Positions 31,149-40,235 of a stretch of 64,000 nucleotides of DNA are shown piece after piece; positions within the stretch are counted from its first letter, which is position 1, and every line of letters starts with the position of its first letter. The position numbers and the translations under genes were made by a program. The stretch is from Gammaproteobacteria bacterium. GTDB lineage: Bacteria; Pseudomonadota; Gammaproteobacteria; UBA4575. Below the pieces are notes generated by a model that was not told the origin of the DNA, did not search any database, and saw only the letters and a list, made by a program, of their open reading frames with translations. The DNA is taken from positions 256,001 through 320,000 of the forward strand of contig CBDEUS010000001.1 of NCBI GenBank assembly GCA_965243395.1, given 5' to 3'.

Positions 31149-31828
31149 AAAATATCATTATTTTTTTAGCATGTATTTTATTGGTCAAATTCGCTTATGC
31201 AAATGAGTCGAATCGAGATATTCCAGACCCTCAAAAAATTATAGATGCATATAATAATGCCGAGTGCTGCATTTTCATTGATCAACTTAAACCTACAAAG
31301 CTAGATAAACGGACCAGACTAGATTTATATCTCTATGAGTCAAAAAATCTTCTTGAACTATCTACTGGACCAACTTTTGCAGCCCTTGTGGAAATTCCAC
31401 TAAGTAATAAAAAAGAGAGATACGAAGTCGAGACTAACGTTATGCATGTAGGTGATGATTTATATGTATATTTTCCTTATGTAGCATTTTTGAATGATGA
31501 ACTAAAGTTATTAGGCACATCTGATTTCACACATAGTAATTATAGTGGTAAGTCTTTATTTCAACCAACAGGAATTTTGAATTTTAATTTCAATCTTGAT
31601 CCAAATTTAAAAGGCGATGAAGCAGTAAGATATCTCTTAATCTACACACGTAAAAAACATTTTTCACAAAATACTACAGATCAATTGAAAGAAGAATCTC
31701 GAAATGTCAGATTGAAAGAAATATCTCTAGAGTATGCAAACACTGTAAGCGAATACATTCAAAGAGACTTGCTTTATGGATTGCCTGGAGGAAAGGTGAG
31801 CGTATCAAATAAAGGCAAGTTTTTTTAA
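31145..31828 (+). CDS. exported hypothetical protein (weakly MalM-like)
   Basis: signal peptide AYA; ATGA overlap with the upstream gene. Confidence 0.6.
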   Translation: MKNIIIFLACILLVKFAYANESNRDIPDPQKIIDAYNNAECCIFIDQLKPTKLDKRTRLDLYLYESKNLLELSTGPTFAALVEIPLSNKKERYEVETNVMHVGDDLYVYFPYVAFLNDELKLLGTSDFTHSNYSGKSLFQPTGILNFNFNLDPNLKGDEAVRYLLIYTRKKHFSQNTTDQLKEESRNVRLKEISLEYANTVSEYIQRDLLYGLPGGKVSVSNKGKFF

Positions 31829-32025
31829 GTCAATAAATATCTAATTATAATTTGAATTGATTGGCCGCTTACGACCCAAAGCGGACATCCGACTATTGCC
31901 ATTCGAGCTATAAAATTATCCATACACACCATTTTGCTTACATTGAAGAATTGTTGGAGTATGCTGAATTCTCAATAATTTAAAAATAATTAGTATTAAT
32001 AAACTAAATGTCGCAAGGATAAGAT

Positions 32026-32409
32026 ATGCGGGTTCTTCTAAATAAAGTAGTCATATTTTTATTAGCATTAACGCTTTTGATTAGTCAGTCAATGCCAGCC
32101 TATGCGGGTCTTGTAGGCACGAAACAATTAATCGATCAGCAACTCTTAGAATTAGATCGCGAAACATTACTCAATGTTTTTGAACGAGATGAAGCACATT
32201 CACTACTGCAAAAGCACGGAATAACGCATAAGCAGGCACAAGATCGAGTCAATGCAATGACAGATCAGGAGATTTATGTATTTGTCCAGAAGTTTGAGGA
32301 ACAACAAGCTGCAGGAAGCGTTGGTATTGCTGCAGCTGTGTTAATCATAGTTTTACTCTTTATTGTTTTAGACCTGTCCGGAAAAACAGATGTGTACAAA
32401 GGAATTTAA
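32026..32409 (+). CDS. PA2779-family exported protein (copy 2)
   Basis: MPAYAGLVGTKQLI, AQDRVNAMTDQE, LDLSGKTDVY. Confidence 0.8.
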   Translation: MRVLLNKVVIFLLALTLLISQSMPAYAGLVGTKQLIDQQLLELDRETLLNVFERDEAHSLLQKHGITHKQAQDRVNAMTDQEIYVFVQKFEEQQAAGSVGIAAAVLIIVLLFIVLDLSGKTDVYKGI

Positions 32410-32429
32410 TCAAGTTTTAGGAGCTATTC

Positions 32430-33020
32430 ATGCTATTTAACAATTCAAATCGAATACATAAAATATTTATTAGAAGTGTTTTATTAGGTTTGGGGATAAT
32501 TTTAATTAGCACTTCTGTTTATAGTAAACCACCACCTTGGGCACCTGCACATGGTTATCGAGATAAACATGGACATAAATATTATGATCATCATTATGCG
32601 GATGTCATCGGTATTTTTGATGGAAAATGTAAGTACGAGAAAATAGGTACAGTTGTCGGTGGTGCAACGGGTGCTGTTATCGGTTCTAAGGTTGTGGATA
32701 AAGATGATCGAGTAATTGGCGTGATTGCCGGCACGATCATTGGTGCCATTATTGGTAAGACAGTAGGTCGTGTATTAGATGAGCGTGATCGACACTGCAC
32801 TGCACAAGGATTGGAGTATGCTCGAAGTGGCCAATCTATTCACTGGCATAATCCAAATTCGAATATTGATTATGAAGTCACTCCCTTTAGGTTTTATCAA
32901 AGTAATGGTTTGGATTGTCGCATGTTTTCCACCAAAGCTAGGTTAGCCGACGGTAAGACGACGGAGTATGAGAGTGATGCCTGTTTACATGATGATGGCA
33001 TCTGGAGGACTGTGTATTGA
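32430..33020 (+). CDS. glycine-zipper RT0821/Lpp0805-like surface antigen
   Basis: PPPWAPAHGYR, GTVVGGATGAVIG, LDERDRHC, W.NP, AC..DG.W. Confidence 0.8.
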   Translation: MLFNNSNRIHKIFIRSVLLGLGIILISTSVYSKPPPWAPAHGYRDKHGHKYYDHHYADVIGIFDGKCKYEKIGTVVGGATGAVIGSKVVDKDDRVIGVIAGTIIGAIIGKTVGRVLDERDRHCTAQGLEYARSGQSIHWHNPNSNIDYEVTPFRFYQSNGLDCRMFSTKARLADGKTTEYESDACLHDDGIWRTVY

Positions 33021-33237
33021 AATTCATTATGAGTACGTATGAATAATATTCTTACCTATTTCGATACGCGAGAGATAATGATTTCACTCAGAATTTGTTT
33101 TTTAATGGCTTCTATTTAACTTGTAAGCTAATCAAAACCGTTCATCGTAGGATTCGCTCCGAATTTGAGTGAATATTACAAAATAGTCTCAAGAAACAAT
33201 CAACTAGTTAAGTTACAAATATAGTAATGGAATACTA

Positions 33238-33663
33238 ATGAGCAAATTGAATACCGTCATTGAATTAATAAAAAATAAATCTCATTCTCTGACTGGAATA
33301 TTTGAAAAAGGTGTTGATCATTGTCGCCATAAGCTGGATCGTGAATCCACCATTGATCCTGAAGCAAACGAATCGGCATTGACAAAGGCTGTAGATAAAT
33401 GCAGGGAAGAAATAGAAAGATCTGATCAAAAAAATAAAATTCCTTCGCCAAAATATTTTGAACATGTTGCGATGCTTTCTAGACAAACAAGAAATTATCA
33501 AAACGAGATCGCTATTTGTGAATTGTATCTTGAGACACTACAAAAGCATTCATCGAAGTATAAATTTTCAAAAAGGAAAATAGAGAAAGAAATTCGGCCG
33601 CTTTGTGAAACAATGATGATGCGAATACATAATGCAAAAACATTAAGTGAGAAACAAATATAA
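33238..33663 (+). CDS. hypothetical protein
   Basis: 141-aa ORF coupled to the next gene. Confidence 0.55.
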   Translation: MSKLNTVIELIKNKSHSLTGIFEKGVDHCRHKLDRESTIDPEANESALTKAVDKCREEIERSDQKNKIPSPKYFEHVAMLSRQTRNYQNEIAICELYLETLQKHSSKYKFSKRKIEKEIRPLCETMMMRIHNAKTLSEKQI

Positions 33664-33896
33664 TGACACGAAAAATAAAAAAAGAACCTGTTAAAATGCT
33701 TCAAGAGGTTGATACAGAAATGATCCATATAAAAGGGTGGATCGCAGATAAAGAATTTAAAGATAATATTAATAATTCACATCTTACCTATCAGAAGGTT
33801 TACGACTACGCTAAAAAGCTATCACTTGAATGTAAAGTCGCAATTAGATCAGTCGCTGACGGCGACACTCATATCATGAAGGTGTATAAAAAGTAA
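33663..33896 (+). CDS. hypothetical protein
   Basis: 77-aa ORF overlapping the previous stop. Confidence 0.5.
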   Translation: MTRKIKKEPVKMLQEVDTEMIHIKGWIADKEFKDNINNSHLTYQKVYDYAKKLSLECKVAIRSVADGDTHIMKVYKK

Positions 33897-34045
33897 TCCG
33901 AATTGAATTACTATTAATCTCAAACAAATTGTTTGCATTAACAGAATGCTAAAAATTCATTTTATATTTTTATTAAATTAATAAGTTTTTAGCGGGTAAG
34001 GGCCTAATACACAATCCTGAATAATTAGTTAAGTTACGCTCGGTT

Positions 34046-35248
34046 CTATTTGACAACGCTGCCGAGATCGCTTGCCCATTTTATTGCTTGCAGATAAGCT
34101 TTTCGATATTCGCTATGATCGATCAAATGCATAAGTGTATCCCAGTCACCTTGTTCATAATATTTTATATTCTGAAGCACCTCTCCCATTTTTCCAGTAT
34201 GAGATAATAAGGCTAAACTTACTTCTTCTGTTAAAGGTAATGTTTCAAGAATTTCTTCTAGTGACATATCCATTAATGCATCTAAAATAGAGAATAACCC
34301 AACTGAGAAATATTGATCAGAAACTCCATTAGGATCAGATTTCCCAAGAATTTCTGCCATCTTTGCTCTCATCATTCCAGTGAGCATTAGTTCTTTAGGC
34401 TTCTCGTCTGATAAGCGTAACATCAACATTAAACTTGCCCATTTTCTAACTTCATCCGTACCTAGTAATGTTAGAGCATGTTTAATAGATTCAATTTTTA
34501 TACGCAATGCATAAAAGGCTGAATTCATATAACGAAGTAAGTGATAAGCAAGTGTAGGATCACGTCCAATAAGGTTTTCAAGCTCATCAATATTAACGGA
34601 TGGGTTCTGAAGTTCTGAAATTAATTTGAGAACAATCATTCTATTACCTTCAATTCGTTTCCCTATAAACATTTGAGGCTTACAAAAAAAGAAACCTTGA
34701 AAATAATCGAACCCTAGTTCTTTACATTGTTCAAACTTTTCATGAGATTCAACACGTTCAGCTAAAAGCTTTATCTTGTGACTACGCAATACACTAACGT
34801 GCTTCTGTAAGTCAATATCACTTAAAATACTGACATCTAGTTTTACAAATTGAGAAACTTTTAATAAAGGATCGAACTTTGGGGTATAAATAAATTCGTT
34901 CAGTGCAATTTGAAATCCAGCACGTGATAAGTTGCCTAACCCGGCGATTAGTTCATCGTCAATTACATCATTTTCAAGTACCTCTAACACTATCTGCTCA
35001 TGCATTTGTGGCAAGGGTAGCTCACCAATCAAAAACCCACGTGTCATATTTATAAATGCTAGCTTTGTACCTACAATATTTTCTAGACCGATATCTATTA
35101 ATGCACTAATAATGACATCAGTGGTTGCTTCATCACCATCAACAATGTTTGCATTATTTGAAGCTTTTTTACGATACAAAAGCTCATATGCAAATACATT
35201 CAGTTGACGATCATAGATGGGTTGACGTGCAAGAAATATTACTGCCAT
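34046..35248 (-). CDS. EAL-HDOD domain protein (YuxH-like)
   Basis: FLARQPI, YELLYR, LAERVE, YFQGFFF, LLRYMNSA, GLFSILDALM. Confidence 0.9.
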   Translation of the reverse strand: MAVIFLARQPIYDRQLNVFAYELLYRKKASNNANIVDGDEATTDVIISALIDIGLENIVGTKLAFINMTRGFLIGELPLPQMHEQIVLEVLENDVIDDELIAGLGNLSRAGFQIALNEFIYTPKFDPLLKVSQFVKLDVSILSDIDLQKHVSVLRSHKIKLLAERVESHEKFEQCKELGFDYFQGFFFCKPQMFIGKRIEGNRMIVLKLISELQNPSVNIDELENLIGRDPTLAYHLLRYMNSAFYALRIKIESIKHALTLLGTDEVRKWASLMLMLRLSDEKPKELMLTGMMRAKMAEILGKSDPNGVSDQYFSVGLFSILDALMDMSLEEILETLPLTEEVSLALLSHTGKMGEVLQNIKYYEQGDWDTLMHLIDHSEYRKAYLQAIKWASDLGSVVK

Positions 35249-35585
35249 TTTTATTTAGCTTAATAAAGGGTTTAAATTGCAAAATTAGTCACAACTTAAT
35301 AAACGGCATAATATGGATATTCTTTACGTTTTATTTGATTGAAATGAACCCATTCTGACAATTTGGGTATCTGAGCAGTCATTCTCTCGCAGAAGACTTA
35401 ATGAATAAATTATTCTAAGGCGAAAAAACACTTCAAATGCTTATTTCTGAACAATTTTTCAGATTATATTGTAGGCAAAAGTACTCTATTGAAGACTATA
35501 ATAAAGTTGCGAGAGGTATTAGATAGTGAATGACCGCTATTGGCCGAAAGCGGACATAATTAGGAAAAATCTAAAGGAGCTTTAG

Positions 35586-35852
35586 ATGCGTTATATAGCT
35601 GGAGTCTTAATCCCTGTAGTGCTTCAATGTTTGTTTGTATTTATTATTATTGAAATGAACACGGGGAATGGTTCATGGATTGGATTAGGTGCACTGTTAA
35701 TAGGTATGTTTGCAATCCCTGCAACGGCTATTATTAATTTTCTCTATATAAAAACAAATAAAGGCCGAAGCACTGTTTCGCTAATGTCACGGTGTTTTTT
35801 AATCGCAATAATAGCGCCTGTAATAATTCTATTATTATTGCTGGTTGGGTAA
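35586..35852 (+). CDS. small membrane protein (cassette)
   Basis: AAGGAG RBS; three hydrophobic segments. Confidence 0.7.
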   Translation: MRYIAGVLIPVVLQCLFVFIIIEMNTGNGSWIGLGALLIGMFAIPATAIINFLYIKTNKGRSTVSLMSRCFLIAIIAPVIILLLLLVG

Positions 35853-36032
35853 CAATAAATGTCCGCTATTGGCCGTAAGGAGCGAAAACAAGGCCACTGA
35901 GGGAGATATTCAGGTTGGAATCTTTTGAACACATATAAAGTGTAAATTCAGTGGCATTATTTGGAAAAAGAAGAGTGAAACATATTTGAAGAGCATTTTA
36001 CAAAGTGTAACTAATTTATAAAGAGGTTGTGT

Positions 36033-36638
36033 ATGTTTAAATGGAGTTATCTACTTATATTAACATTTATTATTTTAGCTGGTTGTGCATCAACATCAAA
36101 TCAACCAGTCTTTGAATTTGATAGTGGTGATGCAAAAGGTGTATTTGTACCAGTTCGTGTTCACATTAATAGAAATGTACCTGTTGCCCGTTTTTATGAA
36201 TCAAGATTAATCGAAGTTAAAAATACGTTAAAAAGGAGTGGTATGTTTTTAGAGGTAGGATCGCATGTCGATTCTCCTTATGTGTTAGATTTACAGTTAG
36301 AGCGAGGTTCTAATGATAATGCGGTTGATACAACAGCACAGCTACTTTCTGCTGCAACTTTATTTTTACTTCCCTCTAAGGTAAATGGTTATCACATATT
36401 AAAAGCTGACTTATATATCGATGGAAGCTTGCTAAAGAGTTACGAATATAAAGATGAATATGATGAGACTATTAGTATTTATAACTACAATGAGGCTGCC
36501 AGTAATGATGGTGATGAATTTGTCTCCATCCGAAATGTGGTGAATAAACTATTAAAAGGTTTAGATGAAGATGATGTTATTGAAAGATATATCGATAACT
36601 CAAATCAACAAGATACTCCTAAAGAGTATGATATCTAA
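36033..36638 (+). CDS. lipoprotein, hypothetical (cassette)
   Basis: ILAGC lipobox; LSAATLFLLP. Confidence 0.75.
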   Translation: MFKWSYLLILTFIILAGCASTSNQPVFEFDSGDAKGVFVPVRVHINRNVPVARFYESRLIEVKNTLKRSGMFLEVGSHVDSPYVLDLQLERGSNDNAVDTTAQLLSAATLFLLPSKVNGYHILKADLYIDGSLLKSYEYKDEYDETISIYNYNEAASNDGDEFVSIRNVVNKLLKGLDEDDVIERYIDNSNQQDTPKEYDI

Positions 36639-36722
36639 TAAGGTAAAACGTTTGCTATAGACCCAAAGCGGACATGCTAAGCATCATTAATTCATGTATT
36701 GATAAACCTAGAGTAACTTTTT

Positions 36723-37085
36723 ATGGGAAATACCGTTTGGGTGTTAAGCGAAAATAGTGATGAGGATGATTGGGATCACTCATTTATTTTAATAAATGAG
36801 CAGTCACTCGACAAACTCGCAGACCAATTAAGTGTTAAGAAACTAAGTGATTTATACGATCATTCAATTTTGGCAGAAGAATATGGAGAGGATATTGAGC
36901 CAAACTATATAATTCCAGACGATTTAGAATCTGTATTAAATCCTCTGATTACCGCTATTCGTAATGGAGATGCAGGTAAGCTAAATGGTGATACTGAAAT
37001 CATTGAAGAACTTGAAGATTGTTTAGAAAAAGTTTTAAACGCCAAGAGTCGCAGCTCAAAAGTACGACTAGCAATTGTGCCCTAA
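36723..37085 (+). CDS. acidic hypothetical protein (cassette)
   Basis: 120 aa, D/E-rich, flanked by repeats. Confidence 0.7.
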   Translation: MGNTVWVLSENSDEDDWDHSFILINEQSLDKLADQLSVKKLSDLYDHSILAEEYGEDIEPNYIIPDDLESVLNPLITAIRNGDAGKLNGDTEIIEELEDCLEKVLNAKSRSSKVRLAIVP

Positions 37086-37166
37086 TTATCCTTTGCGAAT
37101 GTTCACAATTGACCGTTAAGAGGCATTTAGCGAGAAGCTTTATCGTTCGGAAAATATAAACTAATC

Positions 37167-37400
37167 ATGAAAAAGCTATTTTGTTTTATGTTTATCGGCA
37201 TTGGTGCATTGTTAGTATTTGCAGCAGGTACTATTGGGCTTGGTTTTGGGGCTATATATTTAATGGGTGCAATAGGTACTGGCGGTCGTGAGGGTGTTGG
37301 AGAGCTAGTTACTGTTGTAATGATAGGTGTTGCTGGGTTCGTAGTTGGATATTTTCTGATTCGTATCGGAAGAGGGCTTGGTGTTAGCAATACCCAATGA
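37167..37400 (+). CDS. small 2-TM protein (cassette)
   Basis: Gly-rich hydrophobic helices, flanked by repeats. Confidence 0.6.
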   Translation: MKKLFCFMFIGIGALLVFAAGTIGLGFGAIYLMGAIGTGGREGVGELVTVVMIGVAGFVVGYFLIRIGRGLGVSNTQ

Positions 37401-37493
37401 AGGTGTTTCAAAAAATAATTAATTTCTATTTACGATCAAAGCGGACATTATATTTAATCATTCAGGGCATTTACTTTTAAACTCGATTCTCTA

Positions 37494-38753
37494 CTACGTA
37501 TCTCTTTCAATAATCATAGCTGCCGCCGTCCCACCTGCGCCACAAATACTAATTAAACCTAAGTGCGAATTTCTGCGCTTCATTTCGTTCGCTAATGTGG
37601 TTGTAATGCGAATACCTGTTGCAGAAAAAGGATGACCTATTGCTATTGAGCTACCTAAAGGGTTTAATTTTTCTTGATCGACTTTACCAATAGCTGGCTC
37701 TTTCCAACCTTGTTCCCATGCTTTTAGATTACAAGCAATTTGTCCTGCAAATGCCTCGTGCATTTCAATAATGTCAAAGTCCGATAGTGAAAGTGAATTA
37801 CGTTTTAGTAATCTTGGCACAGCAAGTGCAGGGCCCATTAACAATCCTTCTCTTGGTTCTATGCCAACAAACTCGAAATCTTTTACATATGCGAGAGGTT
37901 CAAAACTTTTGTTTTTCGCATACTGTTCTGACATTAATAGTATAGAGGCTGAACCATCAGTCAGCGGACTAGAATTTCCTGCCGTGATCGTACCTTTTGA
38001 ACTACGATCAAATACTGGTTTAAGTTTGGCAAGCTTATCTATAGTAGTATCAGGACGAATAAATTGATCGGTTTCAATTCCATCCAAAGGATCTATTTCC
38101 TCAAGTAGGCGACCATCTTGACTTGCTTGGTATGCATTCATATGACTTCGGTAGGCAATTTCATCTTGTGCATCTCGAGAAATGTTCCATTCTTTTACCA
38201 TTAGTTCTGTATGTTCACCCATTGACAATCCAGTAGATGGTTCTTTTATACCAGGTGAAGTTGGTTTGAAATGTCGTGGTCGTAATTTTAATAATTGACG
38301 TATACGCTTTGTATTCGTTTTTTCTGAAAATGCATCTAGAAAAATACGACTTGCCGAACGGCTAAATAAAAGCGCCGGATTTGACATCGATTCCACACCT
38401 CCAGCAATACCGGCTTCAGATCTTCCAGTTGATATTGAATCATAAATGGTTCGGATTGCAGAAAGTCCAGTAATGCAATTGTTTGTTATCGTCAATGCCT
38501 GAAGCTGTGCTGGCAGTTTATTAGCTAAAACAATCTCTCTTGCCAGATGGGGGATCCTTGGATCGACAACAACAATGCCGTAAACAAATTCTTGCAAATC
38601 ATCTTTATTGACATTCGTTTTGTTCAGCAGGCCTCGAACAGAATGTCCAGATAGTTCAAGAGCTGTGTAATGTTTGAAAACTGTGCCCGCGCGAACAAAT
38701 GGTGTACGAATACCATCAATAATTGCAACACGCTTTGAAGGATTAATATTCAC
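37494..38753 (-). CDS. acetyl-CoA C-acyltransferase (thiolase, FadI-like)
   Basis: DGIRTPF, NNCITG, TAGNSSPLTDG, HEAFA, GHPFSATG, CGAGG. Confidence 0.9.
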   Translation of the reverse strand: MNINPSKRVAIIDGIRTPFVRAGTVFKHYTALELSGHSVRGLLNKTNVNKDDLQEFVYGIVVVDPRIPHLAREIVLANKLPAQLQALTITNNCITGLSAIRTIYDSISTGRSEAGIAGGVESMSNPALLFSRSASRIFLDAFSEKTNTKRIRQLLKLRPRHFKPTSPGIKEPSTGLSMGEHTELMVKEWNISRDAQDEIAYRSHMNAYQASQDGRLLEEIDPLDGIETDQFIRPDTTIDKLAKLKPVFDRSSKGTITAGNSSPLTDGSASILLMSEQYAKNKSFEPLAYVKDFEFVGIEPREGLLMGPALAVPRLLKRNSLSLSDFDIIEMHEAFAGQIACNLKAWEQGWKEPAIGKVDQEKLNPLGSSIAIGHPFSATGIRITTTLANEMKRRNSHLGLISICGAGGTAAAMIIERDT

Positions 38754-39235
38754 TACTCGCTTCCATCATTAACATTGAAAATCAATCGTATAAAAATCAT
38801 GAAGTGCGTAACTAAAAGAAAAGGTACTAAAAATGTGGGTATGTACCAGTTTGCGCCAAACATTGATATTACCTCTGCGTGACGCAATGCATTTAGTAAA
38901 TCTATGAATCCAACTATATTAAATATCCAAACGATAACCAATGCGAATGGCCATTTATAATAGAGAAAACATAACGCAACGAATGCAAGTATACCTGCTG
39001 CTAAATCGCCGTAGGCAGCTGGAACTGCAAAATTACTGGGCAACGTTTGTAATGAAAGCCCAGGAACAAGAAAGCTCATACCTATATGTCGAAACGTATG
39101 AGGTAGTGTAAGCCAGAATAATGCTGTTTTGAGCGGTTGTTTATTCAGCCAAGGCGAAGCAATCCATTTCATCAGGAAACTGAACACTATTATGCTTAGC
39201 AAAAACTGTAAAAGGAATATTGCTTGTGTGTCCAT
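38753..39235 (-). CDS. membrane hypothetical protein
   Basis: PHTFRHIG, AAYGDL, IPTFLVP.LLVTH; multiple TM segments. Confidence 0.75.
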   Translation of the reverse strand: MDTQAIFLLQFLLSIIVFSFLMKWIASPWLNKQPLKTALFWLTLPHTFRHIGMSFLVPGLSLQTLPSNFAVPAAYGDLAAGILAFVALCFLYYKWPFALVIVWIFNIVGFIDLLNALRHAEVISMFGANWYIPTFLVPFLLVTHFMIFIRLIFNVNDGSE

Positions 39236-39267
39236 CTCGCACCTCTTTTTATTTTAGTGAATTAATT

Positions 39268-39296
39268 AAAAAAAACGGCCTCTTAATCGAGGCCGT
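39268..39296 (-). terminator. intrinsic terminator after the YHS gene
   Basis: ACGGCCTC-loop-GAGGCCGT followed by a T-run on the minus strand. Confidence 0.75.
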
Positions 39297-39313
39297 AATG
39301 AGAGGTCACTTAC

Positions 39314-39769
39314 TTAGAGTGACGCGGGGGATGCATCTTTTATTTTTGGCCATTCCTTGTCCGCCATTTCGATCCTTCCTGGGATATCCTTTTCCCATTC
39401 CTTTTGAATATTCTCATCCAAGTTGAGATAAAGCGTTCCATCAACAATCTTCCATACTGTTGGATCACCTACAAATTTTTTGCCTACAGATACACCATAA
39501 GCACAGTATCCACCATATGCGGGTATGTAATTTTGAGGATTTTTATTAAATGCTTGCATGTTTTCTTTAGTTGAAAACAAATAGGTCACACCTTCATGAT
39601 CTGAAACATAATGCCCATTTCCGCGAACAGGACCTGTTTCACTATGATAGGAAACCAAATCATAACCTTGTACACCAGGTGTACTATTGGTATGAATGTT
39701 AGCTGCTAATGAACTGGTGCTAACACCAGCTAAGAACAATGTTGATATTAAGAAAGTTATTAGTTTCAT
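39314..39769 (-). CDS. exported YHS-domain protein
   Basis: GYDLVSY, YLFST, PAYGGYCAYG, WKIVDGTLYLN; signal peptide. Confidence 0.88.
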   Translation of the reverse strand: MKLITFLISTLFLAGVSTSSLAANIHTNSTPGVQGYDLVSYHSETGPVRGNGHYVSDHEGVTYLFSTKENMQAFNKNPQNYIPAYGGYCAYGVSVGKKFVGDPTVWKIVDGTLYLNLDENIQKEWEKDIPGRIEMADKEWPKIKDASPASL

Positions 39770-39972
39770 TTCTCGCTCCTTTAATAAATTAAATAAAAAT
39801 TTGGCTTTTTTCATAAAGCCCTTCCGTATACATGATCACTATTACTAGCATGATTGCTCCAGTGGTTAATGTTTTAGAAGTCTTATGCATCTCTGTCTCA
39901 TTTATCATGTTTTTCTCACACGTATCTCTTTTTCAATTTTGATTAAGCTACCTATATATTTTTTCTTTTTTA

Positions 39973-40221
39973 TTATTTGACTTTAGTAATCAGCTCTACA
40001 AGTTGTTGGTAGCCTCCGATTAAATCGTTATTAATATAAATTTTTGGTAAATGTTCCTCTTCAAATAAAACTTTATTTTTAAATGTATTTTTTGCTGAAG
40101 AGTTAATATCAATTTCTTCAAATTCAATTCCTTTTAAATGTAATAATGCTCTCGTCGATTCACAGTATGGGCAATCTTTCTTTATATAAATAACTATCTT
40201 GTCTTCTTTGTTAATTGTCAT
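39973..40221 (-). CDS. dithiol glutaredoxin (GrxC-like)
   Basis: CPYC, LPKIYI, IGGY. Confidence 0.8.
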   Translation of the reverse strand: MTINKEDKIVIYIKKDCPYCESTRALLHLKGIEFEEIDINSSAKNTFKNKVLFEEEHLPKIYINNDLIGGYQQLVELITKVK

Positions 40222-40235
40222 TTTTAATATTGATC

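Larger units (their letters stand above)
25803..31888 (+). repeat. cassette-like array cluster 1: 28-bp palindromic repeats separating genes
   Basis: copies start at 25803, 26246 (partial), 26336, 26982, 27055, 27531, 28273, 28346, 28902, 29244, 29645, 29831, 30281, 30354, 31861; consensus ATGWCCGCTWWYGRCCSAAAGCGGACAT. Confidence 0.92.
35530..37448 (+). repeat. cassette-like array cluster 2
   Basis: copies at 35530 (ATGACCGCTATTGGCCGAAAGCGGACAT), 35859, 36648, 37099 (degenerate), 37421; one ORF between each pair. Confidence 0.85.

Noticed and set aside
25803-37448. Classical integron/CALIN, or ordinary terminators
   Set aside because: No RYYYAAC...GTTRRRY attC structure and no intI. The hairpins lack consistent U-tracts and keep a fixed length and loop motif.
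39314-39769. Selenocysteine in the YHS protein
   Set aside because: The GGYCAY position is a normal Cys codon and there is no in-frame TGA.
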